A stretch of DNA of 64,000 nucleotides from an uncultured Acidobacteriota bacterium (GTDB taxonomy: Bacteria > Acidobacteriota > UBA6911 > RPQK01 > JAPXNP01), in contig CAVZRV010000007.1 of assembly GCA_963777605.1 (NCBI GenBank), forward strand, positions 416,001-480,000. The letters run 5' to 3'. Positions within the stretch are counted from its first letter, which is position 1, and each line of letters begins with the position of its first letter. The position numbers and the translations under genes are program-made. The notes below the pieces were generated by a model. The model had not been told where the DNA came from, made no database searches, and worked only from the letters and a program-made list of their open reading frames with translations. Below, one piece after another: positions 9,149 through 17,749 of this stretch.

Positions 9149-10795
9149 CTAATGGGTCAGTCTCCAGAGAATGCTCAGCACCCAAGCCGTAAAGACACCC
9201 AAGAGTCCGAAACAAACGAGTGCCGGCACTGCCGTCGGAGCCGCCGCGAGCGTCCCCCAGTTGAAGGCGGCACCTCCAAGGATTGCGAGCCAGGCGACAA
9301 CCGCCCAGAAGGCCTTGTGCCCGGTCTGATCGGCTGGTCCCGAGTCGACCAATCGGACGCGCAACGGCAATTCGCTCCGCTCCAGCATGTCGAGCGATCG
9401 GAGCATGCTCCCCGGCCCCATCTGAAGCCACCCGGCCAGATCCGCCATCGCGGGTAGAGAAGCCCGGTTCGACAACATTTTTCGCTGGGCCTCTTCCATG
9501 ATGTACTCCTCGCAGAGCTCCTTCAGGTGAGGGCCGTAGTCGAGCCCCGGAGCGAGACGGGAGACCAGGCCGTCTGCCAGAAACAACGAGCGGATGTACT
9601 TGATCATTTCCCGCCGAGGAAGGATCCCGAAGGAACGGCAGAGCGTCAACAAGTCGATCATAAGGATCGTCAATGAGCGGCCAAACTGGGGGCGGCCCGT
9701 TATCGCGGGTTCCCGGTACCAGCGTGGTGAGAGTTTCTCCAACTCCCTTCGAAAGCCCTCAGGGTCGGCGTGGTCGGTCAATTCACAGACTGCCATGAAT
9801 GACCTGAAAATCTCGTCGTTCTGACCTCTCACGTACCCGAGGGTCATTTGGATGATTTTCCGCCGGGCTTCCGAGGTGAGGTGCCCAACAATGCCGAAAT
9901 CCACATAGCCGACCTTATTTTCCGGCAGAATCAAAAGATTGGCGGGATGTAAATCGGCGTGAAAAACACCAAATCGCAGCGCGTCACTAACAAAGTTCCG
10001 AATAACGTTGGACACAAAGACCGGAGGGTCAAACCCGATCTTCCCCAGGACCCCGATCGAGTCTTCCTGGGTCTCGTCGCGGATTCGCATGTACTCCCGG
10101 ACGCTCCTCCCTTCCAGGAAATCCATCGTCAGAATCCGTTCCGTGGTCAACTCCCATTGGACACAAGGCACCTGTTCGGTCGGGGTCTCGCGCGAGTTCC
10201 GCTCCAGGAGGCGAGCGTAGTGCGCCTCGGTACGGTAGTCGAGTTCGTCCTGGATCCAGTCGTTGAACTCCTTGGCCGGATCACGAAGGAAATAGAGGGT
10301 CCGAATTCTCAGCAAGAAAATGAGCTTGATGAAGTACTTCATCAAAACCGCGTCGCGGGTAAAGGTATCCCGTATCCCCGGTCGCTGGACTTTGACCGCG
10401 ACCTTGTGTCCATCAGGCAGAACGGCCCGGTGAACCTGCCCTATTGAGGCTGCCGCGATCGGCACGAAGTCGAATTCCGTGAAGATTTCCTCGGGATTCG
10501 CCTTCAGGTCCTCCCTGAATATCCGCCGGACCTCCTCCTCACGAAACGGGGGCACCCGGTCGAGGAGATCGAGAAGGGCATCACAATAGGCCGTCGGCAG
10601 GGTGTCCACCTGGAGTGAGAGGATCTGGCCGAACTTGAGGAAGCTGCCGGAGATCTCTTCGAGCGCGATGCGCAGCCGGACTGGACCGCTCATCCCTGGC
10701 TTTCCGGTGAGGCGAGCCCAGAGGGCACCCACCAGGTGAGAGACTACGATCCTCGCGACCTCCAGAGCTCGGGCCAGATAATTTACGAAAGCCAT
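9149..10795 (-). CDS. AarF/UbiB (ABC1) family kinase
   Basis: SFLKFGQ, AAASIGQVH, VAVKVQRP, ELDY, FHADLHPAN, VDFG; C-terminal TM helices. Confidence 0.92.
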   Translation of the reverse strand: MAFVNYLARALEVARIVVSHLVGALWARLTGKPGMSGPVRLRIALEEISGSFLKFGQILSLQVDTLPTAYCDALLDLLDRVPPFREEEVRRIFREDLKANPEEIFTEFDFVPIAAASIGQVHRAVLPDGHKVAVKVQRPGIRDTFTRDAVLMKYFIKLIFLLRIRTLYFLRDPAKEFNDWIQDELDYRTEAHYARLLERNSRETPTEQVPCVQWELTTERILTMDFLEGRSVREYMRIRDETQEDSIGVLGKIGFDPPVFVSNVIRNFVSDALRFGVFHADLHPANLLILPENKVGYVDFGIVGHLTSEARRKIIQMTLGYVRGQNDEIFRSFMAVCELTDHADPEGFRRELEKLSPRWYREPAITGRPQFGRSLTILMIDLLTLCRSFGILPRREMIKYIRSLFLADGLVSRLAPGLDYGPHLKELCEEYIMEEAQRKMLSNRASLPAMADLAGWLQMGPGSMLRSLDMLERSELPLRVRLVDSGPADQTGHKAFWAVVAWLAILGGAAFNWGTLAAAPTAVPALVCFGLLGVFTAWVLSILWRLTH

Positions 10796-12505
10796 CTACT
10801 TCTGCCGGGCGACAAAATGCGCCCCGTTTTCCTGATATGACCCGAATATCTTGCCAAAGAAGACATGTTTCCGCCTAGCCAGCATGTCGTTGATGCTGGT
10901 CTGCAGGACATCCCTGACATGAGCGGAGAACTCTTTGACTTTTCGGCGGCTGGAGGCGTCTTCCCGCGTAAGTGGGGAAACCGGAATCGGTTCGAGATAA
11001 CGAATATGCCACTTCGTGGGCAGGGGAAGCGGAACCAGAGGAAAAGTCGGAGTAATCGGGATAAACGGCCATCCGGTCAAGCGCATCAGTGAGGAGATGT
11101 GCATCTTGCCGAGAATGGGGAAGATCTCGACATGGCCCACAACTGCGGCAGGAATGACTGGGATCTGATGCTCGATCGCCATTTTCGCGAAGGCGTCTCT
11201 CCCGAACTGGCCCAACTCGTAGGCCCCCTTGTACATGCGAAAGGCTCCCGAAATTCCCTCCGGGAAAATCCCCACCAGTTCGCCTCGCTCGACGAGACGG
11301 CCGGCATTCTGCTGACTCGCGACCACTCCTCCCTGCTTGATCAGGAAATCGGAGAGGAACGGGAACTTGAACAGTGACGGGATCACCAGGAACCGGATCT
11401 GGCGTCCCCGCGCCTCGAAGACGAGTGATCGATGCACCACCCCGTCGAAGGGCATGAACCCGCGGTGATTGGGTGCAATGATCGCGCTTCCCGATTTGGG
11501 AATGTTCTCGAGCCCTTCGCTCTCCACTCGCCAGTAGACGTTGCGCAGAAATCGAAACCAGAAATCCCACTGCTTCAGGTAGGCGGGATCCAGGCCGAAT
11601 TCATCGACCGCATGGTCTACCTGCCCCCGCTTCAAGCGGCCCGAACGCTCAAGCAGGGAGCCGAGAGCGTCGGCACTGGACTTCCTGGGCTCGAAAGACA
11701 ACTCTCTTCGCGCTCGCTCCGACGAGACGGTGACATTGTACCGAAGTTGGTCGGCGGAAACGTCCGGATGCGCCCCGAGGCCAACCATCGCCGCGGTCTT
11801 CCGGAACCCCCGCTGGATCACGTGGGGTATGGGAAGTCGCACCGGGACACTGGCCCGCAGCGTCCTCCGGAAGTCAACACAGCCATCCCCGGAAACATTG
11901 AAGACTCCGGTCGCTCGGGAATTGACTGCTGCCACAATCGCACGAGCGGCATCATCAAGATCGACAAACTGAACTCGCGGGTCATAGCCGGTCGCCGGCA
12001 TGCAGGCCTTCCCCACAAACATCCGGGTAAGGAAGTCGCCTTCAGCCGGGTCGGAAATGGGCGAAAAACGGAGAATGACGCAACTCAGCGAGTCCTGCTC
12101 TCCGGACCCTAGCGCCTCTTCCGCCTTCAGCCAGCGCTGTTCGATCGAACCTTCTTCAAGCAGGGAGACCCTGTCCTCCTCCATCAGTCCGTAGTTCTTG
12201 AAGCTGAACCCGTAAGCGGCGACATGGCTTCTGAGGACAACCCGCTCAATTCCGGCTGGTCTGGCCTTCGCGAGCAGGGACCGGATCCATTGCACGTCGG
12301 CCTCACACTGGCCTGGATTGCGATCGGACAGGTCGAAAGGGAAGACAATCAGTGTCCGAACCGAACCGTCACCCAAATCCTCCGGCTCGTTTTCCCGTGG
12401 CAGGCGCCTGATGGTGTGTCCGGCAGCTGAAAGCAGCGCCACCGTTTTCTCAGCCAGTTCACCCTGATGTCCGGCAACAAGAATCTCAGATTGCTCCAAT
12501 GCCAC
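10796..12505 (-). CDS. Fusion: NAD-dependent epimerase/extended-SDR-like domain + PlsC-like lysophospholipid acyltransferase
   Basis: N-half: QFVDLDDAARA, GVFNVSGDG. C-half: DEFGLD, GLENIP, PNHRGFMPFD, GIFPEG, LPLPTKW. GTG 12505 with GGAGG RBS (ORF extends to 12535). Confidence 0.85.
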   Translation of the reverse strand: MALEQSEILVAGHQGELAEKTVALLSAAGHTIRRLPRENEPEDLGDGSVRTLIVFPFDLSDRNPGQCEADVQWIRSLLAKARPAGIERVVLRSHVAAYGFSFKNYGLMEEDRVSLLEEGSIEQRWLKAEEALGSGEQDSLSCVILRFSPISDPAEGDFLTRMFVGKACMPATGYDPRVQFVDLDDAARAIVAAVNSRATGVFNVSGDGCVDFRRTLRASVPVRLPIPHVIQRGFRKTAAMVGLGAHPDVSADQLRYNVTVSSERARRELSFEPRKSSADALGSLLERSGRLKRGQVDHAVDEFGLDPAYLKQWDFWFRFLRNVYWRVESEGLENIPKSGSAIIAPNHRGFMPFDGVVHRSLVFEARGRQIRFLVIPSLFKFPFLSDFLIKQGGVVASQQNAGRLVERGELVGIFPEGISGAFRMYKGAYELGQFGRDAFAKMAIEHQIPVIPAAVVGHVEIFPILGKMHISSLMRLTGWPFIPITPTFPLVPLPLPTKWHIRYLEPIPVSPLTREDASSRRKVKEFSAHVRDVLQTSINDMLARRKHVFFGKIFGSYQENGAHFVARQK

Positions 12506-12542
12506 GATTCCGGCCCTCCCTGTACAGGAATTCAATGGAAGC

Positions 12543-13166
12543 TCACGGCCTCGGTAAAACTCCCTGCAGGAACAGGTCGGACATCCCGGCGATCAGCCGG
12601 GCGTCACCGACCTTCTCAATTTCTTTCCCCCCAAGCATCTCGAGAGCGAGAAGCGAGAAAATCAGGGCAGACAGAAAGAAGGCGGCCGCGGCCTCCACGT
12701 CGATGTCCTCCCGGATCTCACCGCGGCTCTGCCGCTCCTTAAGGAATTCGGTGAACAATGTCCGCCCCCGCATGATGAAAGTCGAGTAGAAGACAACGCC
12801 GAATTCGGGATTGTACATGGCCTCGCTGAGACAGGTTCGAAGGAAGCCAATATGCGTCCGGCACTCATCCAGGAGAATCCGCGCCAGCACCCCCAATTCA
12901 TCTCCGATGGTCTCTCCCGGGAATCGGAGTTCGGGTTCGGCCACTGAACCCGCTATCAGGTAGAGCTCCCGCTCCAGCAGGGACTGCATGAGCCGACTGG
13001 CACCTCCAAAATGGAGGTAAATGCGAGCCGGGCTGACACCCGACCGGCGGGCCACCCGCTCGACTACGTCCACCTGTAGGCCTTCTTCGCCAAGCAGGTG
13101 GAACGTTGCGTCCAGCACACTGTTGATCTCGTCGAGCGTCAGCGCGTCGCCCGGCTTCTCGGTCAT
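12543..13166 (-). CDS. TetR/AcrR family transcriptional regulator
   Basis: N-terminal HTH VLDATFHLLGEEG..VERVARRSGVSPARIYLHFG; RGEIREDIDVEAAA in the C-domain. Confidence 0.88.
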   Translation of the reverse strand: MTEKPGDALTLDEINSVLDATFHLLGEEGLQVDVVERVARRSGVSPARIYLHFGGASRLMQSLLERELYLIAGSVAEPELRFPGETIGDELGVLARILLDECRTHIGFLRTCLSEAMYNPEFGVVFYSTFIMRGRTLFTEFLKERQSRGEIREDIDVEAAAAFFLSALIFSLLALEMLGGKEIEKVGDARLIAGMSDLFLQGVLPRP

Positions 13167-14719
13167 CGTTGTTCTCCCTCATGACTGGTGAGGTTCGGAA
13201 AGTCCAACCGCGCCTCTCGGGCCGCCTCAGTGGTCTCGTCTTCAATGTCCTGCTTCTTGAGAATCATCTCCGCCACCCGCTGGGCGGAAACGATCACAGG
13301 AGTAATGCCTCCTCCAGGTCGCGTCCAGTGGCCAACCAGGTAGAGGTTTTCAATCGGCGTCCGGTTGGCCGGGCGGAGTTCCCCCAACTGGTCCGGGGAC
13401 ATTTCCCAACCCAGCATCGCCCCTCTGTGGTTGAGCGTGTACCGGTATGAAGTGTGGGCCGATGCACTCATGTGTACGACGATCTTCTCGTCGAGTCCGG
13501 GAATCAGCCGGCGCAATTGGCCCAGGATGTAGTCTTCGGTAGAGGCCTTGTGGGCACCCCAGTCCTGAATCTGGTCATAGTTGGCCGTTCCCCATTTCTG
13601 TACGATGAGTATGTCGTGTCCTTCCGGGGCGAGGCTGGGGTCGAAAGACGTGGTGAAAAAGACCTTAAAGAAGGTGTTCTGGAGGTCCGCCGGATTCCAC
13701 GATCTCCAGTAATAGCCTTCGATATCCTCCTTGTGTTCGTGAGAAAGGCCTTTTAGCCCCATGTGAAGGAGATAGCAGGGGAACGATGGACGCATCGACT
13801 TGAGGCCGTCAATCACCTCGGAACCGCAGAGCTCACCGCCCACCAGTTTCTCGTAGGTGAGGAGCACGTCCGCATTCGACACGATCACGGGTGCGCGAAA
13901 CTCGACTTGCTGGGGCCGCCTCTTCGACCGGGTTGTGGCCACTACCCCAACAGCGCGATCACCCTCGACAAGTATCTTCTCAACGTTGGTGTAAAGCAGC
14001 GTCTCCCCGCCCCGGCGCCGAAGAGCCTCTCCGAGATCGTCGGCGAAAGCCTGGGAACTGCCCATCGGATAATAGTTCCCGAGGAAATAAGACAGGCGCA
14101 GCATCGAGTCGAACAGGAACGAAGTATGCCTGGGAAGAGAACCCCAGTGGGAGTGGTCCGCCATCAGGTTCGATTTCAGCCGCGGATCACTGAAGTGCTC
14201 ATCGAGTTTCTGGCCGAGTGTGAAGTCGCGGTACTTTTCGGCAACCGGGTGGGCGATCTCCTTGAAATAGTAAAGGAGCCCATAGAGGTAGGCTTCCCGA
14301 ACCTCCCCAAAGAACTGGTCGATGTTGTGCGCCTCTTCGGGATACCGACCCTTGAGCTGCTTCATGTAGTCGGACAGGTCGGCCGGGACTACAAATGTGT
14401 CTCCGTCGGGGAAGTGGAATTTGTCAACCGGATCCATCTTGTGCCACTCGGTCGGAATCCCCAGTTTCTTGAGGAGCTTTCCGGTGAGCGTAGTCGGGTT
14501 GCCCAGGAGCGGGTAGAAGTGAGTGGCCGAGTCGAACAGGAAGCCCTTGCGCCGAAAACTGCTGCAGTATCCCCCCAGGACGTAATGCTGCTCAATGACG
14601 AGGACCTTCATCCCGGCATCGGCCAGGAGATTTGCGCAAAAGAGCCCGCCGACTCCAGAACCGATCACTATCACATCGTAATACTTCGAATATTCTCGAC
14701 CCAGGATCTGGTAGGTCAC
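13163..14719 (-). CDS. Phytoene desaturase (CrtI)/retinol saturase-like FAD oxidoreductase
   Basis: DVIVIGSGVGG, EQHYVLGGYCSSFRRKGFLFD, TPIENLYLVGHWTRPGGG. Confidence 0.85.
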   Translation of the reverse strand: MTYQILGREYSKYYDVIVIGSGVGGLFCANLLADAGMKVLVIEQHYVLGGYCSSFRRKGFLFDSATHFYPLLGNPTTLTGKLLKKLGIPTEWHKMDPVDKFHFPDGDTFVVPADLSDYMKQLKGRYPEEAHNIDQFFGEVREAYLYGLLYYFKEIAHPVAEKYRDFTLGQKLDEHFSDPRLKSNLMADHSHWGSLPRHTSFLFDSMLRLSYFLGNYYPMGSSQAFADDLGEALRRRGGETLLYTNVEKILVEGDRAVGVVATTRSKRRPQQVEFRAPVIVSNADVLLTYEKLVGGELCGSEVIDGLKSMRPSFPCYLLHMGLKGLSHEHKEDIEGYYWRSWNPADLQNTFFKVFFTTSFDPSLAPEGHDILIVQKWGTANYDQIQDWGAHKASTEDYILGQLRRLIPGLDEKIVVHMSASAHTSYRYTLNHRGAMLGWEMSPDQLGELRPANRTPIENLYLVGHWTRPGGGITPVIVSAQRVAEMILKKQDIEDETTEAAREARLDFPNLTSHEGEQR

Positions 14720-15456
14720 ACCATTCCTCCGTCAACCGGAAGAACCTGGCCGGTGATGTAGCCCGCATCCTCACTGGCCAGGAACCGGACCACTCCGGCT
14801 ACCTGGCGGGGAGTCCCAGGGAATCCCACCGGAATCTGGGCAAACAGTTTCTTTCTGGACGACTCAGGGATGTCGTCCAGCATCTCGGTCTCGATAAACC
14901 CGGGAGCGACGGCATTGACCCTGACGCCGAACCGGGCCACTTCCCTCGACAGCACCTTGGTCAACGCAATCACGCCTCCCTTTGAGGCCGCGTAATTGGC
15001 CTGTCCGGCGAGGCCCAGGATCCCGCTCACACTGACGACGTTGACGATCGTACCGGCCTGACGCTTGATCATGTCCATCACCACACAGCGGCAGAAGTTG
15101 AAGGTCCCGGTCAGGTTCGTCGCCACCACGTCGTTCCAGTTTTCCGGTGACATGCGGTAGACCGGCTCATCCTTCTTGATCCCGGCGTTGTTTACGAGCA
15201 GATCGATAGGGCCGAGCCGGTCGCGGACCTCCTGGACCACGGCTTCGCTTCGCCCGAAATCCCGGACGTCGGCCTGCACTGCCAGAACGCGAAACCCGTT
15301 CTCTTCCAGGGACGCTACCAGTTCCTCGGCCGCGTCCTTTCGGCCCAGGTAGGTAAAGGCAACAGACCAGCCCGCGTTAGCCAAGTCCTCAACGATGGCC
15401 CGACCAATTCCGCGACTGCCCCCGGTGACCAACGCGACTCCAGCTGAATTTTCCAT
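14716..15456 (-). CDS. fabG: 3-oxoacyl-ACP reductase (SDR)
   Basis: TGGSRGIG, NNAGI, GQANYAASK, VAPGFIET, YITGQVLPVDGG. ATG 15456 overlaps the upstream stop (TAATG). Confidence 0.85.
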   Translation of the reverse strand: MENSAGVALVTGGSRGIGRAIVEDLANAGWSVAFTYLGRKDAAEELVASLEENGFRVLAVQADVRDFGRSEAVVQEVRDRLGPIDLLVNNAGIKKDEPVYRMSPENWNDVVATNLTGTFNFCRCVVMDMIKRQAGTIVNVVSVSGILGLAGQANYAASKGGVIALTKVLSREVARFGVRVNAVAPGFIETEMLDDIPESSRKKLFAQIPVGFPGTPRQVAGVVRFLASEDAGYITGQVLPVDGGMV

Positions 15457-16688
15457 TACTTTTCCCCCGGCCTGTTGCGTCCGTACGTTTCGTGAGCTCG
15501 CGTAAACTCGCCCGATGCAATTGCCCCTGCCATGGAGATCTCTCCCCCCAGGAGCGTTCCCGCTATTACCTCGGCAAGCCGCACCGCCTTGCCGGTCCCA
15601 TAACAATCCATCATCTCCAGGCATTCCCGCTGAGTACCCAGTGCAGTACCGCCACCGACGGTTGCAATGGTCAGGGCCGGAAGTGTGACGCTAACGTGAA
15701 TCCCGCCCTCGACCGGTTCGAAACTGGTGATCCCGCAGGCGCTGTTCACCACGTTGGCCACGTCCTGGCCGGTGGCAATGAAAATGGCCGTCAGGCCGTT
15801 CGCGAACTGCCCATTGTAGCCAACGGCGTTGGCGGCAAGGTGCCCCACCAGCGTCGAGTGCCACACCTGATAGAGCTGAACAGCGGAGCAGCCCAGGTAA
15901 CTCTTGAGAATCCTGTCATCGAGGAAGGCCCCGGCAGTCACCCACTTCCCTTTCCCCCGGGACATGAGATAGCCGGACGGGCGTTTCTCGGAACTCATCC
16001 CACTGAATACGTAATACTGAGGGACCGGAAAATTGTCGGCAGCCCAGCGACAGGCGGCGTCCGTCGCCTTGACGATCATGTTCATGCCCTGGGCATCCCC
16101 GGTTGAGAAACGGAAGTTGACGATCACCTGGCGGGCAATCTGATAGGTTTCGCACCCGAGCAGCCGACCGTGCCGGGTCGTCGCCTCAGCCTCCCTCTTG
16201 AGTTCGTGGAAATGCTCTTTCAGCCAGCCCGGGAAACGAGCGGCATCGTGGATCGAGTCAAAGAAGAAGGACGGGTTGGTCTGGTTCTGGTCGTCAACAC
16301 AGGCGGCTTCAACCCCGCCGGAACGAGTCAATGCCACCATCCCCCGTTCGTAGGATCGAACCAGCGCACCTTCGGTCGTCGCCAGCGGCACGTAAAAAGT
16401 GCCGTCGGCGTGTAACCCCCGAATGCGAAGAGGACCGGCAATGCCGGTCGGGATCTGGGAGACACCGATCGGGTTCTCGATGTTCCCTCGCCACTGGAGG
16501 GAGTCCTCCGAGAACGACCCGACGTGCCGGGATGAGGTTCCGGTCCGCTGCTCGAGCCACTGCCGGCGACGGGTCACCCGCTCGGCATCATAGCCCTGCT
16601 CCTTCATTCTCGGTATCAAGTCTGTGGTTGCCGAAGTGCTTTCTTGTGAGGACATTGTCGTCACACCCATCCGATCGATGGCTTCCAT
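15456..16688 (-). CDS. Class I HMG-CoA reductase homologue (substrate-site variant)
   Basis: NIENPIG, PLATTEGALV, TGDAQGMNM, ATGQDVANV, TVGGGT, GEIS and C-terminal His (RAH). True start may be ATG 16655. Confidence 0.88.
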   Translation of the reverse strand: MEAIDRMGVTTMSSQESTSATTDLIPRMKEQGYDAERVTRRRQWLEQRTGTSSRHVGSFSEDSLQWRGNIENPIGVSQIPTGIAGPLRIRGLHADGTFYVPLATTEGALVRSYERGMVALTRSGGVEAACVDDQNQTNPSFFFDSIHDAARFPGWLKEHFHELKREAEATTRHGRLLGCETYQIARQVIVNFRFSTGDAQGMNMIVKATDAACRWAADNFPVPQYYVFSGMSSEKRPSGYLMSRGKGKWVTAGAFLDDRILKSYLGCSAVQLYQVWHSTLVGHLAANAVGYNGQFANGLTAIFIATGQDVANVVNSACGITSFEPVEGGIHVSVTLPALTIATVGGGTALGTQRECLEMMDCYGTGKAVRLAEVIAGTLLGGEISMAGAIASGEFTRAHETYGRNRPGEK

Positions 16689-16704
16689 CGTCCCGATTTC
16701 AGGA

Positions 16705-16732
16705 TTGACTTTATTGAAAAGAACACTATCCT
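16705..16732 (+). promoter_or_regulatory. Putative sigma70 promoter for the 16826 gene
   Basis: TTGACT-N16-TATCCT in an AT-rich gap. Confidence 0.35.
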
Positions 16733-16747
16733 TTATTGATTCCGAGA

Positions 16748-16776
16748 ATGATACTTGGTGGAATCATCTAAATCAA
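16748..16776 (-). promoter_or_regulatory. Putative sigma70 promoter of the HMGR-fabG-crtI-tetR operon
   Basis: TTGATT-N17-TATCAT on the minus strand. The -35 overlaps palindrome AATCAACATTGATT (16771-16784). Confidence 0.5.
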
Positions 16777-16825
16777 CATTGATTGCCATGATTTGTTACT
16801 TCTGCTCGCGTCGGAACCTTTGTAC

Positions 16826-17749
16826 ATGAAAGAGCCCGTACCAGTTTGGAAGAATGCACTTCGTAAAGCCAACACAATCCGCAGCGTTTCCTCGCCTGCG
16901 GACCGCCTCAACCAGTCCCAGTACGTGGAACGAATCACCCGAATCCAGGGTGCCGCAGCCGACAGCGGCGATCCTTTTTTCACGACCCGCTCGTTCTGGC
17001 AGATGGAGAAGGTCTCGGCCGAGTTCTTCAAGAATCCTCCCCAAGGAGGGACTTTGGCGGATTCCCGCATACCGCTGGCCGCTCGCCCGATCGTCCACTG
17101 CGGGATGGGAATTGGCGCGGTCGAGGCGGTGGGCTTTGAGCTGGCTCGGCTGCAGCCACGAGTTGAGGGGTTCACTTCCCCCGACTACCGTCCATTCTGC
17201 ACCGAGTCACTCGGGGCCATGCTCGGGGTCTACGCTCCCGGGCCGTTCTTCGCTATTGCGTCGGGCATGCGCCGTATCGGGCTCCTTCCGATGGCGAACC
17301 TGACCCGCCCCGAACCGGCGTCCTATTTGGAGCACTTCGACCTCGTGGGGCGGCGCCTGCTTTCCCATGGGTTCGGTCGAATTCTCTTCTTCCGCAATCT
17401 CTCCGTTTCGGCGGCGATTCGAATCGCCCGGAACGAGCCTCACTTCGACCGGGGCTCCTGCGTCCGTGGGATCGCCTTTGCCATGGCGATGGTCAATTGC
17501 GCAGATGTCCGGCGGGTGATCTCCGACCGGTTTGAATGGGGCGCTGACTGGATCGACCATGCGTTCGATCAGGGACTCGTTTACGCTCTCGTTTTCTGGG
17601 AGTGGATGTCACCCGGCTTCCTGGAACGCTTCCCGGGCCACGGTGAACTCGCGCGACGTCGAAGATTGGCTGCTCGTCGCGAAATCGAGGCTGCACTTGA
17701 TCGCGGGCACCCGGCAGTGTTCGACCTGGAGTTCGAACTCGATTTCTGA
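16826..17749 (+). CDS. Hypothetical helical-repeat protein (weak DUF1702-like resemblance)
   Basis: Fills the gap between flanking genes; recurring Gly-containing helices HCGMGIG, ESLGAMLG, HGFGRILFF, RGIAFA, DQGLVYA. Confidence 0.65.
   Translation: MKEPVPVWKNALRKANTIRSVSSPADRLNQSQYVERITRIQGAAADSGDPFFTTRSFWQMEKVSAEFFKNPPQGGTLADSRIPLAARPIVHCGMGIGAVEAVGFELARLQPRVEGFTSPDYRPFCTESLGAMLGVYAPGPFFAIASGMRRIGLLPMANLTRPEPASYLEHFDLVGRRLLSHGFGRILFFRNLSVSAAIRIARNEPHFDRGSCVRGIAFAMAMVNCADVRRVISDRFEWGADWIDHAFDQGLVYALVFWEWMSPGFLERFPGHGELARRRRLAARREIEAALDRGHPAVFDLEFELDF

Noticed and set aside
13163-14719. Carotenoid or hopanoid cluster
   Set aside because: No phytoene/squalene synthase, prenyltransferase or cyclase nearby; the CrtI fold alone is not diagnostic.
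15456-16688. Mevalonate pathway operon
   Set aside because: No HMG-CoA synthase, mevalonate kinases, decarboxylase or IDI in the window, and substrate residues differ.
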